Shown here: in pieces, positions 9,315 through 21,070 of the stretch
Layout of the letters: each line of letters starts with the position of its first letter
Numbering within the stretch: position 1 is the first letter of the stretch
NCBI GenBank assembly: GCA_964633745.1
Contig: CAZWHZ010000004.1
Location: 1 to 50,998, forward strand
Direction: 5' to 3'
Source of the DNA: an uncultured Acidimicrobiia bacterium
GTDB taxonomy: Bacteria > Actinomycetota > Acidimicrobiia > Spongiisociales > UBA4744
DNA: 50,998 bases
Notes under the pieces: generated by a model
What the model saw: the letters and a program-made list of their open reading frames with translations, nothing else
Told to the model about the DNA's origin: nothing
Databases searched by the model: none
Position numbers and translations under genes: made by a program

Positions 9315-10748
9315 CTAGGAACTACACCCCAGCGGCCCCGGAGGAACCTCACGCCATATCCGAGGCTGGGGAATGAACTGATCGGCTCCAGCGGGATCAA
9401 AACTGAACACGCCTTGAATCGAGTCGTTCATCGGACGGAAGTGCACGTAGGAACGCTGTCCCTGATTGCCGCCCTCTCCATAGATCGTCCCGTAGATCAC
9501 CGAGTTGTTCACGGTCGCGACGGTTCCGGCCGAGTAGCCGAGGAAGTGGATGTCCTCCGTTCCTGTCATCGTGAAACCTTGGGCCATGAACAGGGACTTG
9601 TCCGAGGCACCCACGACGACCGCGACCGACACCGGCGTGTCGCTCGAGTCTGTCGTGACGTTCTGCCACTTCGTCACGTCAGCATCACCGTTGGGCACAT
9701 AGATCACGACATCCCCGTGGAATTCGGTCTTGCTGAACTCGATCGAGACATCACCGTCGGGCATCCGGTAGCTGGTTGTCTGCCCCGCCACACCCAACTC
9801 GGACGGCGCCCAGTTGCTGTCCGCCACGAGCTGCTTGTTGGGGGAGGTGCTCCACTCGAATGTCGGGAGCGCCAATTCGGTTACGGGTGTCCAATCGACT
9901 CCTGTGAGCACCTCGTTCACCCCGCTCAGATCCCCACCGGGAGCGGACGTATCACGCATATTCAGACTGCCGACAACAGTCGGCTCCTTCAAGTAGCTGG
10001 CCGAACCGCCGATGGAGACGTCCGCCTGGTAGAGGGTGTTCTTCTTGTTGTCGTTCAGATCACCATTCACGCGAACTGGGCCGGCAAACTGGCTTGCAGC
10101 GTTCTTAGCGACGGTCATGTCTCCGACGACACCAACGGATCCATCCCCTGGCCACGGGATGTCGTTGGCGAGGATGGTCGTCGAGTTGGCGACGTCGAAG
10201 TCGCCCGCGCTGTACACGTCGCCCCAGATCTTCTTGTTGTTCCCGCCGGCGTATCCACTCAGGCCGGTGAACACAGCAAAGTCGAAGCCGCCTCCAAAGG
10301 GTCGAAGTTCGATCTCGAAGTCGATCTCCTTCTCGGACTGTAGGCGAGCATCGTGACTTGGTGCCCAGCCCCACGCTTCTATCCGGTAGCGAAGGTCGAA
10401 ACCCGGCGTCTTTGTGACTCTCACCCAGTACTCGCCCAACTGATCCGACGCCGTTCCTGAGGAGTCGATACGGTCGTAGACGCAGGCATTCCCTTCCGGG
10501 CTGGTCGTGTAGACGGCTCCGGACACTTCCAACGAATCGCGAACAGTCTTGTCGTTTGCGAGGACGTACATCATCTCTCTTGCGCCCGCCTCGGCCGAAT
10601 TCAAGGCCATCGCTGCAGCTCGATCCCCCGCTGCCTGGTCGATCTCGTGTGTACTGATCCCGTACCACAGCGCAGCCAGGATGAACACCACGAACGAAAT
10701 CATCAGAGCCGTGATCAACCCAAAGCCTTCTTCGTGCCGGAGTTTCAC
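9315..10748 (-). CDS. PilX/GspK-like minor pilin (pseudopilin) with large beta-rich C-terminal domain
   Basis: Prepilin-type N-terminus (V)KLRHEEG|FGLITALMISFVVFILAALWYGIS. It has no Glu at +5 (Thr instead). About 440 further residues are rich in G/N/D/S/T/V. Preferred start is GTG 10748, which overlaps the upstream stop (GTGA) and gives an 8-aa leader like the two neighbours. The alternative ATG 10778 gives an 18-aa leader. The track start at 10961 is rejected. Confidence 0.7.
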   Translation of the reverse strand: MKLRHEEGFGLITALMISFVVFILAALWYGISTHEIDQAAGDRAAAMALNSAEAGAREMMYVLANDKTVRDSLEVSGAVYTTSPEGNACVYDRIDSSGTASDQLGEYWVRVTKTPGFDLRYRIEAWGWAPSHDARLQSEKEIDFEIELRPFGGGFDFAVFTGLSGYAGGNNKKIWGDVYSAGDFDVANSTTILANDIPWPGDGSVGVVGDMTVAKNAASQFAGPVRVNGDLNDNKKNTLYQADVSIGGSASYLKEPTVVGSLNMRDTSAPGGDLSGVNEVLTGVDWTPVTELALPTFEWSTSPNKQLVADSNWAPSELGVAGQTTSYRMPDGDVSIEFSKTEFHGDVVIYVPNGDADVTKWQNVTTDSSDTPVSVAVVVGASDKSLFMAQGFTMTGTEDIHFLGYSAGTVATVNNSVIYGTIYGEGGNQGQRSYVHFRPMNDSIQGVFSFDPAGADQFIPQPRIWREVPPGPLGCSS

Positions 10749-11308
10749 GAGCAGCTCCCTCCTTGCATCGGAGCCCATATGTTCCGTCCCGATACTTCCG
10801 TCTCGGCCAGGCGACGGCCAATCCGGTCTGTGGGATCCGCGTCCGACCAAATCGATATCGTTACGACCTTCCCCTCGCTCGGCGTCCCTCCCGCCGACCC
10901 CTGTGTCGCGAACAGCGGTTCCGACGATGCGTTGACCACATCGTCGATGACCGTACGCCATGCCGATCCGCCATCGGAGGATCGTTCGAGCGTTCCGTCC
11001 GTCAACCTGTAGATGATGTGCTGCTGGGACGTCTCGGCTCCTGCATATGCGCGGGTGGTGAAGTCCAGCGTGTTAGAGGTGGTGCACGGCAACGGCTCGT
11101 AGATCGCGTCGGCAGATCGAAGTTCCCGGCTGATTTGCCTGAGAACGAGACGGGAACTGTCGTTCGACGCGGCAACCCCTTGGAAGTCCTTCGTCACTGT
11201 GAAGCTCGTCGACAGGGCGGTTCCGAACACTGCCGCAACCATCACCATGAGGGCCATGGCGATCAAGAGCTCGATCAGGCTGATACCCTTGTCATTCATG
11301 CCTTTCAT
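10745..11308 (-). CDS. Prepilin-type N-terminal cleavage/methylation domain protein (PilW/GspJ-like minor pilin)
   Basis: 187 aa. MKGMNDKG|ISLIELLIAMALMVMVAAVFG has a short basic leader, Gly at -1, Glu at +5 and a hydrophobic helix about 20 residues long. ATG overlaps the upstream stop (ATGA). Confidence 0.8.
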   Translation of the reverse strand: MKGMNDKGISLIELLIAMALMVMVAAVFGTALSTSFTVTKDFQGVAASNDSSRLVLRQISRELRSADAIYEPLPCTTSNTLDFTTRAYAGAETSQQHIIYRLTDGTLERSSDGGSAWRTVIDDVVNASSEPLFATQGSAGGTPSEGKVVTISIWSDADPTDRIGRRLAETEVSGRNIWAPMQGGSCS

Positions 11309-13194
11309 GAGAGCTCGGGATTGATGTAGACGGCCGTCGCCTGCACGCCTCCCGCCGAGAAGGTCAAGGTGAAGTCGTACAGAGTCGCCAGATCCTCGTC
11401 GCCGAACTCCTCAGCACCGATCACGTCGACGACTCGATACGTGAGCGTTCCCGTGACGATGTTCGCCGCCGACACGGTGTTCGATCGAACTTCCCCGGTC
11501 GAGTACTGCTGCGTGGTTCCGACGCACATGCCGTTCACGGTCACGCTGCCGGAAACCCGATAGTGAAGCTGTGGCATCCCGGCTGTCGACGTTGTGAGTT
11601 CCTCGTCGACCGGGAGCGTCTCGGAGCTGCAGTTGGGAATGTCTTCGTAGCTGCTGAAGATCTGGGTGTAGGAGCTCCCATTCCATAGGTCGATCGTCAC
11701 ATCTCCACTCTTCACACCGATTTGGGGAGTCAGGGCGGAGTAGTACTCGCCCGCTTCCAGGGGCGCCAGGGCTCCCCCATTGCTGACCCTGGGCAGCGAG
11801 ACCACTGCCCATCCCCTGAAAGCCGGTGCCAGCGCTGCGAGGACCTCGTCGTCCAGAAGGTCGATCTCCTCACCCTTCCAATCGAACTCGGCTCGTGCCT
11901 TCCGCAGCCCGGTCGCGGGGTCATCTTGCCTGTCGCTTTCGCCGCTCCATTCCAGCGAAGATGCCTGATCGTGATCCCCGTATCTGAAGAAGGTGAAAGC
12001 GTAGGAAGTAGAGAGCAACGGGTCACCTTTGTCCACATACGCCTGTGCCGGGTCACCCGACCAGTCTTCTGTGCGGCTCATGCTCGTCTGGCCCGCGCCC
12101 ACCACCGACAGAGAAGCATTCGGCAGGTCGTCTGCAGGGTCTACGGCTGCGGCGCCTCCGGGGATCGGAACAGCCGTGTGGTTCTTCACCAGCGGACCGG
12201 CCGATTCCTGGATTCTCACAGCGTCCTGCGTGGTATCCATCCGGGGCAAGTCGACCTGAGCGATCAGCGGATAGCTCAGTGGAGCCGAGGATGTACCGTC
12301 GTCGTCCGCGAACAGGTTGATCACGTTCTGGTCAGAGGTCGCGAGCCGCACGTCGTCCAAGCTCGGCGATCCGATCAGCCCGTCAGGGCCGGCCCCGATC
12401 CAGTACGCAGATGCTCCCTCCAGCCGGGCTTCTCCGACCGACACGTAGTCGGACGTGGCAGTCAGACGCATCGATGGCAAGGAAGCGAGAATCGACTCAT
12501 CTTCAGAGCCGTCGTGCGGTAGTCCCCAGCCTTGCATCCCGGTCACTCGGCCCTCGACCTGACCGTAGCCCCCATCAAGGCTGGACTCGGCCGAAATGAA
12601 GGGCTGCGATGGTTCGGTGAAAGGGCTCACGTATGAGGAGAGCCGAACCTCTCGTCTATGTCCGTTCGAAGCACTCCAGCGAACCACGGCGGTAATCCTC
12701 CGGTACTTCTCGGTCGCGGGATCGCTGTTGTCGCTTCTGACCGACGTGATGAACAAGTATCGGTCGAATACCGTGTTGTCCCTGATCACTTGCTGATGGA
12801 ACGACAGGAACGGATCGAATGTTGCTCCCGTGGCAAACACGATCGGCTCGCCGCCAAACTCGTACGTGCTGCCACTCGCGGCGATTTCGGAGGCGAACTC
12901 GGTGACGAACAACGAACAACCCACGCCCTGGGGAGGATCGCTTGGTGAGGCCGGTTCGGTGCAGTTGGCACTGTTGGCATCAACCGTAAGCCCCATGTTC
13001 GACCACTCGAGAGAACGGGCGCGCTCTACGAGCTCCGAGGCGAGTGCCGACGCCGCAGATTGGCGCTTGGTCTCAATGAGCACCCTCGAACTCGTGTCGA
13101 TGCTTCGCAACATCACGAGCACAGCCCCGAAAATGATCACGAGCGCCACGAGCGCCTCGATGATCGTGAATCCTTCTTCGCGCGAAAGCCGCAT
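11305..13194 (-). CDS. Prepilin-type N-terminal domain protein (PilV/GspI-like head) fused to a long C-terminal extension
   Basis: 629 aa. MRLSREEG|FTIIEALVALVIIFGAVLVML has Gly at -1, Phe at +1 and Glu at +5. The first ~190 aa end in a PilV-like RRITAVVRWS strand. About 430 more residues have no motif I recognise. Confidence 0.75.
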   Translation of the reverse strand: MRLSREEGFTIIEALVALVIIFGAVLVMLRSIDTSSRVLIETKRQSAASALASELVERARSLEWSNMGLTVDANSANCTEPASPSDPPQGVGCSLFVTEFASEIAASGSTYEFGGEPIVFATGATFDPFLSFHQQVIRDNTVFDRYLFITSVRSDNSDPATEKYRRITAVVRWSASNGHRREVRLSSYVSPFTEPSQPFISAESSLDGGYGQVEGRVTGMQGWGLPHDGSEDESILASLPSMRLTATSDYVSVGEARLEGASAYWIGAGPDGLIGSPSLDDVRLATSDQNVINLFADDDGTSSAPLSYPLIAQVDLPRMDTTQDAVRIQESAGPLVKNHTAVPIPGGAAAVDPADDLPNASLSVVGAGQTSMSRTEDWSGDPAQAYVDKGDPLLSTSYAFTFFRYGDHDQASSLEWSGESDRQDDPATGLRKARAEFDWKGEEIDLLDDEVLAALAPAFRGWAVVSLPRVSNGGALAPLEAGEYYSALTPQIGVKSGDVTIDLWNGSSYTQIFSSYEDIPNCSSETLPVDEELTTSTAGMPQLHYRVSGSVTVNGMCVGTTQQYSTGEVRSNTVSAANIVTGTLTYRVVDVIGAEEFGDEDLATLYDFTLTFSAGGVQATAVYINPELS

Positions 13195-13273
13195 GAGGTT
13201 GCTATCGGCCTGAACCAGCGAATCACTTAGAGAAACGTGGGATCATCACAAAGAGGCGCGGAGTGTCTAGTCC

Positions 13274-15433
13274 TCAGCGCGGTACCAGTCGATACGCGTG
13301 GTAGACACCATCGATACCGTTGAGCCCAACGACGAGCCGGTCGAGTTGGCCGGGGTCCGACAACTCGACCTCATAGCGGAGAAGTGCGGTCCGATCGCTG
13401 CTGGTGGTGGACGACGACGCGCGGATGTCGCCGCCTACCTCTGAGATGCACTCGGTGACATCACGCAACATGCGCGGTCGATCGAGCGCTTCGATTTGGA
13501 TCCACACAGAGAACCTTCCCGCCCTGTCAGGTGCCCATGTGACGTCGATCATTCTCTCCTCACCAAGAGCATCGATGTTCGTGCAGTCCGAACGGTGCAC
13601 CGACACACCCCGGCCGACTGTCACGAACCCGATGATGTCGTCACCGGGAACGGGGGCACAGCACCTCGCTATACGCACCCATACGTCCTCGAGGCCCTCG
13701 ACGATGATCCCAACACCCGTGTCCGAGCGTGGCCGAACCGGCGGCAGCTCGGGCAGGGCGGCCTCTGCAGCCTCCTCCTCCTCGGGCCTCGCGAGTCGAA
13801 CGACGCGCGCCACGACGGTCGAGGCTGCAACTCCCCCCTCGCCAACCGCGATGAACAGGGAGTCCACGTCCCGCTGCCCCATTCGTTCGGCAACCCCCTT
13901 GAGGAGTTCGTCTCTCCGATTCGAGTGCAGCCCAAGGCCCTCCTTGCGAAGCAGGGCCAGCACCGCATCACGTCCCTTCTCGAGAGCCGCAACCCGGCGC
14001 TCCTTTCCGAACCATTGACGGATCTTGGCCCTTGCCCGGGAGGTGCGTACGTACGTCAGCCAGTCCCTGCTCGGACCCGAGTCCTGCGCCTTGGAGGTGA
14101 CGATCTCGACGATATCGCCCGACTCGAGTCTCGTGTCGAGCGGAACGAGCCGGCCGTTCACCTTCGCCCCGATACATCGATGCCCCACCTCAGTGTGCAC
14201 GCTATAGGCGAAGTCCACCGGCGTAGCTCCCCGCGGGAGGGTCTTGACTTCTCCCTTCGGCGTGAGGATGAACACTTCCTCTTGGTAGAGATCTATTTTG
14301 AGACCGGCCAGGAACTCCGTCGGATCCTCGTACTCGTCCTGCAGGAACCGCATGTCGGCGATCCATGGAAGGGACTCGGCCGTCTCCCCTTCCTTGTACC
14401 GCCAGTGCGCGGCGATGCCAAACTCGGCACGCTCGTGCATGTCCCTCGTGCGAATCTGCACCTCCAGAGGGCCTCCACCGGGCCCGATCACGGTCGTATG
14501 CAAGCTCTGGTAGAGGTTGAACTTGGGCATGGCAACGTAGTCCTTGAACCGCCCATGAACGGGAGGCCACGTCGAGTGGATGACGCCTAGCACCGCATAG
14601 CAGTCACGGACATCCTGCACGATCAGCCTGATCCCTATGAGGTCGTGAATGTTTTCGAACGGGAGCCCGCTGGTCACCATCTTCCGGTATATCGAGTACT
14701 GGTGCTTCGGACGGCCCGTCACCTCACCTTTGATACCTGCCGAATCGAGGAGATCCTTGACCTTCTCGATGACGTCATCGAGGAAGGCTTCACGCATGGG
14801 CGCCCGCTGCTCGAGAAGGGCGTTGATCTCGGCGTTCCGTCTCGGATACAGGATGGCGAAGCACCTGTCTTCCATCTCGTGCTTGATTTCCTGAACTCCG
14901 AGCCGGTGCGCCAGTGGGGCGTAGATCTCGAGACTCTCTCTGGCAATCCGCTGTTGCTTCTCGTCTGGGAACGGCCAGATGGTCCTGAGGTTGTGCAACC
15001 GGTCGGCGAGCTTGATCAGGAGAACCCTCACGTCCTTTGCGAGAGCGACCACCAGCTTCCGGATCGTCGCCGCCTGTGCCTCCTCCCGTGATCCGAACTT
15101 GATCAGGTCCAGTTTCGTGACGCCGTCGATCAGTTCTGCGACGTGGCCACCGAATTGCCCCGCCACCTGATCGAGGGTCAGCTCCGTGTCCTCGACCGTG
15201 TCGTGCAGCAATGCTGCACACAGCGTCTCGATGTCGAGCCCGTAGTCGGCGAGTATTTCGGTCACAGCAACCGGGTGGGTGATATAAGGATCCCCCGTCT
15301 GTCGCATCTGCCCCTCGTGCCGATCCTTGGCCAGCGTATAGGCCTCGGTCAGCAGCGTCGTGTCAACACCAGGATGGTGGGCGCGAAACGAATCGAGAAC
15401 CCGCTGGATCCCCTCCTGAGAGAGGTCAGGCAT
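13274..15433 (-). CDS. relA: Bifunctional (p)ppGpp synthetase/hydrolase Rel (RelA/SpoT homologue)
   Basis: 719 aa. HD hydrolase motif (HPVAV...LLHDTVEDT), synthetase motif [16 protein letters not shown] and ACT C-terminal regions. Confidence 0.96.
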   Translation of the reverse strand: MPDLSQEGIQRVLDSFRAHHPGVDTTLLTEAYTLAKDRHEGQMRQTGDPYITHPVAVTEILADYGLDIETLCAALLHDTVEDTELTLDQVAGQFGGHVAELIDGVTKLDLIKFGSREEAQAATIRKLVVALAKDVRVLLIKLADRLHNLRTIWPFPDEKQQRIARESLEIYAPLAHRLGVQEIKHEMEDRCFAILYPRRNAEINALLEQRAPMREAFLDDVIEKVKDLLDSAGIKGEVTGRPKHQYSIYRKMVTSGLPFENIHDLIGIRLIVQDVRDCYAVLGVIHSTWPPVHGRFKDYVAMPKFNLYQSLHTTVIGPGGGPLEVQIRTRDMHERAEFGIAAHWRYKEGETAESLPWIADMRFLQDEYEDPTEFLAGLKIDLYQEEVFILTPKGEVKTLPRGATPVDFAYSVHTEVGHRCIGAKVNGRLVPLDTRLESGDIVEIVTSKAQDSGPSRDWLTYVRTSRARAKIRQWFGKERRVAALEKGRDAVLALLRKEGLGLHSNRRDELLKGVAERMGQRDVDSLFIAVGEGGVAASTVVARVVRLARPEEEEAAEAALPELPPVRPRSDTGVGIIVEGLEDVWVRIARCCAPVPGDDIIGFVTVGRGVSVHRSDCTNIDALGEERMIDVTWAPDRAGRFSVWIQIEALDRPRMLRDVTECISEVGGDIRASSSTTSSDRTALLRYEVELSDPGQLDRLVVGLNGIDGVYHAYRLVPR

Positions 15434-15944
15434 ATGTCACGAGGGCGTGCAGATCGGTCCCGTTCAGAGAAGCTCTCCCCCCGAGGAACGCCAACTCGAT
15501 GAAAACAGCTACTCCCACGACTTCTGCGTCGAGCCTCTCGACCAGCCGTATTGCCGCTGCAGCCGTTCCACCCGTCGCAAGCACGTCGTCCACGATGAGC
15601 ACCCGGTCGCCAGGGTGGAGTGCATCGCTGTGCATCTCGAGAGCATCGGTGCCGTACTCCAGCTCATAGGTCTCACGAATGACCTCGGCAGGCAGCTTGC
15701 CTGGCTTGCGAATGGGAACAAAACCGGCCCCAAGTCGTTCAGCGACGGGCGTTGCGAGGATGAACCCGCGCGCCTCGATGCCCACAACTTTGGAGATCGA
15801 TCCAGCTTCGTACGGCTCGCAGAGTTGATCTACCAGCATGGAGAATGCATCCGGGTCCGCGAGGACCGGCGTGATGTCTTTGAACACGACCCCCGGCTTC
15901 GGAAAGTCGGGGACGTCACGAATGAGATCGATGAACTCGAACAC
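15426..15944 (-). CDS. apt: Adenine phosphoribosyltransferase
   Basis: 172 aa. [15 protein letters not shown], and PRPP-binding [14 protein letters not shown]. 8-nt overlap with the rel start. Confidence 0.94.
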   Translation of the reverse strand: MFEFIDLIRDVPDFPKPGVVFKDITPVLADPDAFSMLVDQLCEPYEAGSISKVVGIEARGFILATPVAERLGAGFVPIRKPGKLPAEVIRETYELEYGTDALEMHSDALHPGDRVLIVDDVLATGGTAAAAIRLVERLDAEVVGVAVFIELAFLGGRASLNGTDLHALVTYA

Positions 15945-15962
15945 CGGCTGATTGTAACGCGT

Positions 15963-17015
15963 TCAGCGCTTCCGGCCCTTCTTGGGTGGACGCGGTGTGG
16001 CGCCGCTCTTGCGCGTGGGTGCCTGCTTCGTGACCGTGGGCGACGCGGGTGTCTCACTACGTGAGCCCCTTCCCCGGTCTCTGCGTCTCCGAACACGTGC
16101 CCACTCTTCCTCGTGTTCCTTCCAGGAAGCGAGGATCGGTGACGCGACGGCGATCGACGAATAGGTGCCGGCCGCGATCCCGACGAACAGGGCAAGGGCG
16201 AAGTCGCGCAGGGTCTGCGCGCCGAGAAGGAACGAACCGACAAACAGCAGGCTCCCGACAGGCAGGAGGCTCGTCAGAGACGTGTTGATCGACCGCATGA
16301 GCACCTGATTCATGGACCGGTTCACGAGTTCGGTGATGGTCATACGGTCGGTGTGCAACTCCTCGACGTTCTCCTTGACCTTGTCGAACACCACAACCGT
16401 GTCGTACAGCGAGTAGCCGAGGATCGTCAGTACGCCAATGACCGTCGCCGGTGTGACCTCGAATCGCGTCAACGCGTATATTCCGAACGTGATAACGAGG
16501 TCGTGGAAGAGCGCCGCGATACCGGCCACCGCCATCTTCCATTCGAGTCGCCATGAAATGAACAGGACGACCGCCGCGAGAAACACGATGAGAGCGGTCA
16601 GAGCCCGATTCGTGATCTGAGCTCCAAACGTGGGACCGACCTCGTTCAAAGAGATCTCGCTGATCGTCGTGCCCGTCGCTTCTGCAACGGCCTTCTGGAA
16701 GGCCTCGGACTCGCTCGGGGTCAACGCCCCGACCTGCACGCGGATGTCCGCGCCTCCGGCCAGCTCCTGAATCTTCGCCTCATCCAGGCCGAGCGGTGCG
16801 AGCGCGGCCCGCATGTCGGCAACGCTTGCACCCGCCGGATTCGAGGCTTCCACCGCAACGCCACCCCGGAAGTCCAGACTGAGGTTGAGGCCGAAGACGA
16901 TCAGGGCAAGAAGTGACACCAGCACCAGCGCCGCGGAAATGGTCAGCCAGAGTCGCCTGGCGCCCACGAAGTCGAATGAGGTCTCTCCTCTGTAGAGGCG
17001 TCTGATGAGATTCAT
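15963..17015 (-). CDS. secF: Protein translocase subunit SecF
   Basis: 350 aa. FDFVGARR, LSLDFRGG, multiple TM segments, and a basic Arg/Lys/Pro C-terminal tail typical of actinobacteria. ATGA overlap with secD. Confidence 0.93.
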   Translation of the reverse strand: MNLIRRLYRGETSFDFVGARRLWLTISAALVLVSLLALIVFGLNLSLDFRGGVAVEASNPAGASVADMRAALAPLGLDEAKIQELAGGADIRVQVGALTPSESEAFQKAVAEATGTTISEISLNEVGPTFGAQITNRALTALIVFLAAVVLFISWRLEWKMAVAGIAALFHDLVITFGIYALTRFEVTPATVIGVLTILGYSLYDTVVVFDKVKENVEELHTDRMTITELVNRSMNQVLMRSINTSLTSLLPVGSLLFVGSFLLGAQTLRDFALALFVGIAAGTYSSIAVASPILASWKEHEEEWARVRRRRDRGRGSRSETPASPTVTKQAPTRKSGATPRPPKKGRKR

Positions 17016-18616
17016 GATGCCTCCTGCACTCCCCCGGCCGCCGCCCGGATGCTGAACCGTCCTCCTTCGCCGAGCCCGCTGTGAGCGATCGCACTCACCG
17101 CATTCCTGGTGAAGAAGTACGCAACGAGGATGTCAAGGAACGTGGCGATCCCCAGCGTGAGCGCGAAGCCCTTCACCGGTCCGACGGCAAGCAACCACAG
17201 CAGCACGGCGGCCAGAATGGAAACGGTGTCGGCGGTGATGATCGTGTGAAAGGCCCGTGAGAAGCCCTCGTCCACGGCAGCCTTCATGGTCCGGCCCCGG
17301 TGGAGCTCCTCCTTGATCCGTTCGTAGAACACGATGTACGAGTCGGCCGTAATACCAACCGATACAACGATTCCCGTCACTCCGGCGAGCGTCAGTGTCA
17401 GGCCGGCAGTCCTGCTGAGCAGGCCAAGTACGATCAACATCAACGATCCGAAGACGCTCAATCCCACAATCGTCACTGCGCCGAGCGACCGGTAGTAGAG
17501 CAGCATGTAGATGGCCACCAGAATCAGGCCCGCCAATCCGGCAATGAGGCCCGAGCGGAGTGAGTCCGATCCGAGCGTTGCAGACACGCTCTGCACCTGA
17601 TCCTGCTCGAAGCTGACAGGCAACGACCCATAGCGGAGAACCACCGCGAGGTCCTGCGCTGCAGCTTGCTGGTTGTCGCCCGCACCCAGGGTGATCACCG
17701 CGCTGCCACCTGCGATGCCAATGTTGGCGTCGACCGTCGACGCGACCTGTGGTGCCGAGATGATCTTCCCATCGAGCACGATTGCGATCTGGCGCTCAGG
17801 ATCGCCGGTCGGGAATTGGGCGGCGGCCCGCGTCAGTTCTTGGAACTTGCGTGCTCCGTCATCATTGAGTTTGAGGTCGACCTGCCACTGGCCCGTGGTC
17901 TGACTGAAGTTGGCGAGGGCCTCGGTGATGTCGGAACCGGTCATCGGGTCGGGCGTCCCATTGGTGGGGTTCCCGTCACTCCCTTCTTGGCACGTGGCGA
18001 GAGTTGTCCCGTCGTTGCACAGCGTCCCGATCTCATACCCGGCAGTAAGACTCCCGTTGCTGTCGTACTCGGGCACCCAGGCACGGAGGAGTTCGGGGCT
18101 GTCGGTGATCGTGAACCCGGTACCGGGATCAACACCCTCTGGAAGCGAGGTGGTCGTGGTGGTTGCCTCGGTGGTCGTCGTATCCGCCGAAGTCGAGGTC
18201 GTGTCCCCTGGTGTCGTCGTTGTGGTCGCAGCCGTCGTCGCAGTGGTCGTATCGAAGATGGGACTCTGGAACGATGAGGTGAACACTGGCCGGAACGAAA
18301 GCACGCCGGTCTGGCCTATCGCCTGGAGGGCCCTCGCCCTGTCTGTCACGCCTGGAAGCTGAACGAGCACGGAATTGTTGCCGCTGATCGCAATCTCCGG
18401 CTCCTGCACCCCGAACGCCTCGATGCGGCCGCGCATGATTTCGACCGCCTTCGTGAGCACATCGGGATCCGTCCCCTCCGGCGCACGCAGGATCACCGAA
18501 GTTCCACCCTTGAGATCGAGACCCAACTTGGGTGTGCTGTGGCTACCGACGATCGCTGCAACTCCCCCGTAGGCGAACAGCAGCACGATGATGAGCGTCG
18601 TGATACGCCTGGACAT
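17012..18616 (-). CDS. secD: Protein translocase subunit SecD
   Basis: 534 aa. LGLDLKGG, periplasmic P1 domain, C-terminal 6-TM RND-like core (YRSLG...ITADSYIVFYERIKEE). Contains a poly-Thr linker at 18146-18253. Confidence 0.93.
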   Translation of the reverse strand: MSRRITTLIIVLLFAYGGVAAIVGSHSTPKLGLDLKGGTSVILRAPEGTDPDVLTKAVEIMRGRIEAFGVQEPEIAISGNNSVLVQLPGVTDRARALQAIGQTGVLSFRPVFTSSFQSPIFDTTTATTAATTTTTPGDTTSTSADTTTTEATTTTTSLPEGVDPGTGFTITDSPELLRAWVPEYDSNGSLTAGYEIGTLCNDGTTLATCQEGSDGNPTNGTPDPMTGSDITEALANFSQTTGQWQVDLKLNDDGARKFQELTRAAAQFPTGDPERQIAIVLDGKIISAPQVASTVDANIGIAGGSAVITLGAGDNQQAAAQDLAVVLRYGSLPVSFEQDQVQSVSATLGSDSLRSGLIAGLAGLILVAIYMLLYYRSLGAVTIVGLSVFGSLMLIVLGLLSRTAGLTLTLAGVTGIVVSVGITADSYIVFYERIKEELHRGRTMKAAVDEGFSRAFHTIITADTVSILAAVLLWLLAVGPVKGFALTLGIATFLDILVAYFFTRNAVSAIAHSGLGEGGRFSIRAAAGGVQEAS

Positions 18617-18897
18617 TACTTCTCCAGCTTCCCGGCGATTGCCCGCCGGGAAATGCGCATGCGCCCTTCTTCGAGGCCGATCACCACGGAGTCGTCGTCC
18701 AGACCGACCACGACACCGTGCACGCCACCGTAGGTCTGCACCTTGTCGCCGACCTCGAGAGCGGCTGCAAGTTCTCGCTGTTGTTTCGCCCTGACGCGTT
18801 GCGGGCGGATCAGCAGGAAGTAGAACATCCCGATGAGCAAGGCCAGGAAGACCAGCGAAGTCCAGGGGCTTCCTGTGGATGCTGTTTGGGCAAGCAC
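18616..18897 (-). CDS. yajC: Preprotein translocase subunit YajC
   Basis: 93 aa. TM segment followed by FYFLLIRPQRVRAKQ, the YajC signature. GTG start preceded by AAGAAGG. The stop shares 1 nt with the secD ATG (TAATG). Confidence 0.9.
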   Translation of the reverse strand: MLAQTASTGSPWTSLVFLALLIGMFYFLLIRPQRVRAKQQRELAAALEVGDKVQTYGGVHGVVVGLDDDSVVIGLEEGRMRISRRAIAGKLEK

Positions 18898-18947
18898 GCG
18901 TTACCTTCTTTGTGATGAGTGGAGGCTCACCTCCGGCGAGCCGCCGG

Positions 18948-21066
<2,119 letters not shown>

Positions 21067-21070
<4 letters not shown>

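Noticed and set aside
9315-13194. Pilin-like trio as a Tad/Flp pilus locus, or as a horizontally acquired island.
   Set aside because: The leaders are of the G|F(I)-x-x-I-E type IVa/T2SS class, not the Flp G|xxxxEY type, and no tadZABC or cpaF is present. No integrase, transposase, tRNA or flanking direct repeats were seen, so I cannot call it a mobile island from sequence alone.
18146-18253. Repetitive GGT/CGT-rich stretch considered as a CRISPR-like or tandem DNA repeat.
   Set aside because: It is in frame within secD and simply encodes poly-Thr. There are no spacer-repeat periodicity and no cas genes.
18898-18947. Small GGAGG-N4-CCTCC and CGGCG-N3-CGCCG hairpins between tgt and yajC, and a similar 4-bp hairpin at 23117-23159.
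   Set aside because: The stems are only 4-5 bp and lie within likely polycistronic junctions. That is too weak to call terminators or attenuators.
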